This document shows, one piece after another, positions 60,355 through 64,000 of a stretch of DNA of 64,000 nucleotides. Every line of letters starts with the position of its first letter. Position 1 is the stretch's first letter. The notes beneath the pieces are model-generated. The model was given only the letters and a program-made list of their open reading frames with translations, did not search any database and was not told where the DNA came from. Location of the stretch: positions 3,332 to 67,331 of the forward strand of contig JBAZXV010000008.1 in assembly GCA_041659685.1 (NCBI GenBank), given 5' to 3'. The stretch comes from Parcubacteria group bacterium. Its GTDB lineage: Bacteria; Patescibacteriota; Minisyncoccia; Moranbacterales; UBA11712. The position numbers and the translations under genes were made by a program.

Positions 60355-62287
60355 AATTTACAATTTCCCCCAAATCGCCCACGCCCATATCTTCCATTAA
60401 ATTGGTATTTTTCCCTCCGGAAGAAATTTCGAGTTTTTGTTTCGTGAAAGTATCATTGGCCGAAAAAACAGTTTTGGCAAGGAGGGACGCATAATCGCCG
60501 ACTTGGTTCTGACTCGGAACGAGGCCGACTTGAAATACCAACTCGCGCGGGTCGGTGAGCACGCCGATGCCGGCCGGCATAGAGCCTATATCCCAAGTCA
60601 ATTCATTGGTTCGATCATTGAAAATCACATCGGCGCTCTGCGGCAGAAAAGAATTTTTCCATTTCACGCCCGAAGCAAGAACCGCAGTCACTTTCGCATC
60701 GGTGACGTCGTTTGAGACATTTAGAAGCTTAAGGTGAAGAGTGAATGTGGTTTCCCCTCCGACTTTCGGCGGAATAGGCCCGGAATTGGAAATTTCCGCG
60801 TCATTATAATATCCTTCCGTCGCGATTCCCAGTTTGGAATTGAGCTTAACCCCGACAGTGTTTCCGGAAATAATTTTATTCGAGCCCTCCGGCGTTGGAA
60901 TATCAGGACTGTCTGCCCTGACTACGGCGCTAAAAGTAAAGTTTTTGTCGCCTGACCCCGAAACAGGAATGACTTCCTTTATGGGAATGGAAAAAACAAT
61001 TTCACCTCCGTCTCCCGGATTAAGGCTTTTGAGCTTTGGAATATCCGAGGCCTTCCAGGTTATTATCCCGTTTTGAGAATCCAGCCCGCCCTCGCCCGAG
61101 GGCATGTTTATCTGAGTGTAATCCAGCACGGGACTCTTTATTTCTTCCGATATGATGACATCCCTGAGTCCGACTGTCCCCGTATTTTGATATTTTACCT
61201 TAAAACTAAGCATTTCTCCGGCGTTTACATTAATGGAGTCTTTTGAATTATTAATGGTTTGTTCGATCTTAACAGGGGAAGCGAGTATCTTTACGCCGCT
61301 TGCCGCCTCGTTATAGGGAATAAATTCTCCATCGCTCCCGAACTGTCCGATGGCGGCCTTAAAATTTTTTGTTTCCCCGTTAAGGCCATTGAGCGTACCG
61401 TTGAATTTGACTTCTCCGCTTTGCCCCGCCCCAAGATTCCCTGCGTACCATACGTTATTATCGCTGGGAGGCAATGGCTCGGAAGAAATATAGGAAAATT
61501 CCCTGGGATAGTCCACTTTTATTTTAAGATCTTTCATTTCTTCCTGGCCGGTGTTTTGGTATTTCACAACATAGGAAACGGCGTTCCCTGCTACGACGCT
61601 CTGCGGGCCATTCATCTCCAGTGAGAGCGGGCTCGAAGAGATGAAAACTGCAGCTTTGTTTTTTGTTGTGAAAGTCGAACTAAAATTCGAGGAACTGTAA
61701 TCCAGGGAAACATCGACATAAACCAGAAGATCTTTCGGACCGAAAAATTTCCCTTTAAGAATAACTTTCCCGCTGCCGCGCCCATCGATTGTTCCGACAT
61801 TCTGTTTTCGCGAATTCGGGCCGTCAGATTCAAAATTCAGGTCTCCTTCGGGTTTGAAGTTTTCCGGATAATTGATATGGAGAACAGCATCCCTGAGACC
61901 GGCTCGGTTAAGATTCTGGTAATCAATATCGAATGAAACCAAATCACCGCTTTGGACTTTTTCGGGACCGGAAACCGAGACCTTGACTTGGTCTTCCGAA
62001 AAGGCGCTTTTTCGATAATAAATCACTCCCCAAACTAAACCGGCGAGAACCAGGGCGGCGGCGGCCGATATTAAGCTTATTTTTTTGATCTTCTTGTTTC
62101 GCTGCCACTTTTTTTCTTCGATTTCTTTTATGAATATTGCGTTCGACTCATTTTTTTTCGCCTCAAAAGACGCTGCGGAAAACGGATTTTCCTCGGCTTC
62201 GCGCGGGTTTATCTGGCTGTAGCTAAAGGGCCGCCCCTCCTCGTCGTCCCGCTGATAGATATTTTTCTCAACATCCCGAAGAGACAT
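60353..62287 (-). CDS. Membrane-anchored protein with repeated Ig-like (DUF11-like) domains
   Basis: N-terminal TM and repeated Y.V.YQNTG...L.D...W....L..G motifs. Confidence 0.75.
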
Positions 62288-62340
62288 TGCCTGTATTTTA
62301 CAATAATTCGAGGGAAGCCACAAATCAAATCCTCTCGGGA

Positions 62341-63057
62341 TCAGGCAAAATAGAATTTGCGGAAAACTTTAGTAAGAACCATCAGTCTTTCCAGTTCTTC
62401 TTTCGGAATTTTTATTTTTACCGCATTCTCAAGAGAGTTTGAAAGGAAGAGGCGCAAAAGCTTGATCTGATTGTCTGAGATTGGAAAAATATTTTTTTCT
62501 TTCGGGCCGCAAACCGAACAGGCAATGCCTCCTTTTTCAAGGCTGAAAAAATTTTGCCCGCTTTTCGGCTTTTTTTTGCAGACAACGCATTTGGCCACTT
62601 CCGGCTTTTGCCCCATTTGGTCAAACAGCTTCCACCAGAAAGCGAGGATCGCAAGTTCGTCTCTTCCTTTTTTGCCCCGGCCCGCATTGCAATCCAGCGT
62701 TTTCAGAAAATTAAGAAGGAGATCGAATATTTTTTTATCAGCTTCCCCCTCGCTGAAAAATCTTGAGAAAAATCTGGAAGCGCCGATAAAAGCCTGAAGT
62801 TTTTCAAGACTGCTTTTTATTTTCTTGAAGTTCATGGCCGCGATCGCACCCGTGATTTGCCCCCGTCCGCGCGAACGGGCCACATAAACTTCAGAAAGCG
62901 TTGCCGGCTCGAGATGTCCGGCCAGTTTCGCGGCCGGTTTCCGCACTCCTTTTGCCGCCACCTTAAGAAGGCCCTGCTCAAGAGTATACATTGTATAAAG
63001 ACGGTCAAATTCTCCGATTTCTCTCGAAGTCAAAATAATGGCTGTGTATTTTTGCAT
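62341..63057 (-). CDS. recO: DNA repair protein RecO
   Basis: GEFDRL, AKGVRKPAAKLAGHLEP, CVVC...GGIACSVC Zn finger. Confidence 0.92.
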   Translation of the reverse strand: MQKYTAIILTSREIGEFDRLYTMYTLEQGLLKVAAKGVRKPAAKLAGHLEPATLSEVYVARSRGRGQITGAIAAMNFKKIKSSLEKLQAFIGASRFFSRFFSEGEADKKIFDLLLNFLKTLDCNAGRGKKGRDELAILAFWWKLFDQMGQKPEVAKCVVCKKKPKSGQNFFSLEKGGIACSVCGPKEKNIFPISDNQIKLLRLFLSNSLENAVKIKIPKEELERLMVLTKVFRKFYFA

Positions 63058-63163
63058 AAATTTTATTCTATAGCATTCGGGCAAAATATGAAAATCCGCA
63101 AATTTAAAAGCGCCGCGGGAGTCCCCCTCTCCTCACGGCGCCTGGTTTTCGTTTGGGATGTGA

Positions 63164-63718
63164 TTAGAGCACCCCGTATTTCCTAAGCTCGGCCAGTTCG
63201 GCTTTCCAAACTCCCCAGCCAGTCCAAAGGCCGAACGCAATTCCCCCGGCAATTCCCCAGCGGCTCTGGTGAAAGGCATAGCCGAGACACGCTCCCAGAT
63301 AAGAGAGGATCATCAGGGAGAGCAATAGACCGAAATTCGTCTTTAGGGAGGGTTGGGATAATTTCTCAATGAATTCCCCGGTCCCATAGACCGCTTCCCC
63401 CGAAAGATCGGCGATCTCGTCCGGGAAATAATAAACGAGCAGGACAAAAGCCGACACAATGGCTCCGATTTCCGGAGATTCCATCCACCATTCAAACAGA
63501 AAAATAAAGATGGTGGAAACTATAAAAACGAAAGATCCCATCTTCACTGCCATTGCCAGACCGGGCTTGGAAGGAGGTTTGGGGTCAACCGGCACCTCAA
63601 CGCACCAGTAGCCATTCTCCTCCTTACTATAGATATAAATCACATAGACAAAAATGAATACAGCAAAACAGTAAGTCATTACGGCCAGGATGTTCCAAAT
63701 TCCAATCAGATAAGCCAT
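63164..63718 (-). CDS. Hypothetical multi-pass membrane protein
   Basis: About 5 hydrophobic segments, GGAGGT SD, downstream GC hairpin. Confidence 0.6.
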   Translation of the reverse strand: MAYLIGIWNILAVMTYCFAVFIFVYVIYIYSKEENGYWCVEVPVDPKPPSKPGLAMAVKMGSFVFIVSTIFIFLFEWWMESPEIGAIVSAFVLLVYYFPDEIADLSGEAVYGTGEFIEKLSQPSLKTNFGLLLSLMILSYLGACLGYAFHQSRWGIAGGIAFGLWTGWGVWKAELAELRKYGVL

Positions 63719-63751
63719 ACCCTGCCACCTCCCTGAAAAATTTGATGGTTA

Positions 63752-63898
63752 TTATTTGTTACTTTTCCTTCTTCGGCTATCAAGTATTTCCGCCAACTCC
63801 TGCGGAAAATCCCTGAACATAAAGAGGGTTAGCAATCCGACGCACAAAACAACTACCGATAAATTCTTCGACAGAAAATACATGAAATCATCAAGCAT
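63752..63898 (-). CDS. Small single-TM hypothetical protein
   Basis: AGGAGG upstream of ATG 63898, MLDDFMYFLSKNLSVVVLCVGLL. Confidence 0.45.
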   Translation of the reverse strand: MLDDFMYFLSKNLSVVVLCVGLLTLFMFRDFPQELAEILDSRRRKSNK

Positions 63899-64000
63899 GG
63901 CCGCCTCCTGACTTTGCCAAAAAATTGTTAAAAGAGCCTTATTATTAAAATTAATAATTTTCAAAAATTTTGCTTATACTTTTTTCAGCCAGATCTTTAT

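Overview
Window from a small-genome bacterium, most likely Patescibacteria/CPR (Parcubacteria-like; inferred from gene content, not from a database search). Standard code 11 is used and almost all genes lie on the minus strand. Bases 1-14763 hold one uninterrupted minus-strand ORF of at least 4921 codons that runs off the left edge and is missing from the ORF track. It is a secreted mosaic fibre/adhesin built from GNVGIGT repeats, five LamG-like domains and two 6-blade Kelch propellers. It is followed by a membrane-anchored HTH gene, a RAYT-like Y1 transposase, a WxL-like surface cluster, uppP, a frameshifted Nramp, a second RAYT, glmS/yvcK, leuS with an inserted nucleotidyltransferase domain, several ORFans, a complete F1Fo ATP synthase operon, tatD, metG, rsmI, peptidases, glyQS with a T-box leader, tgt (frameshifted) and recO. 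The most unusual signal is a dense set of small structured DNA elements. (i) Two GxxExxY nuclease-fold genes each sit in their own family of short repeat arrays, and gene-less copies of the same arrays occur nearby. (ii) REP-like 3-nt-loop hairpins are tied to the two RAYTs. (iii) A 30-bp double hairpin is inserted in frame in atpD and tgt. (iv) Heptamer-repeat foldbacks occupy several operon junctions, one of them inside the loop of the T-box antiterminator.
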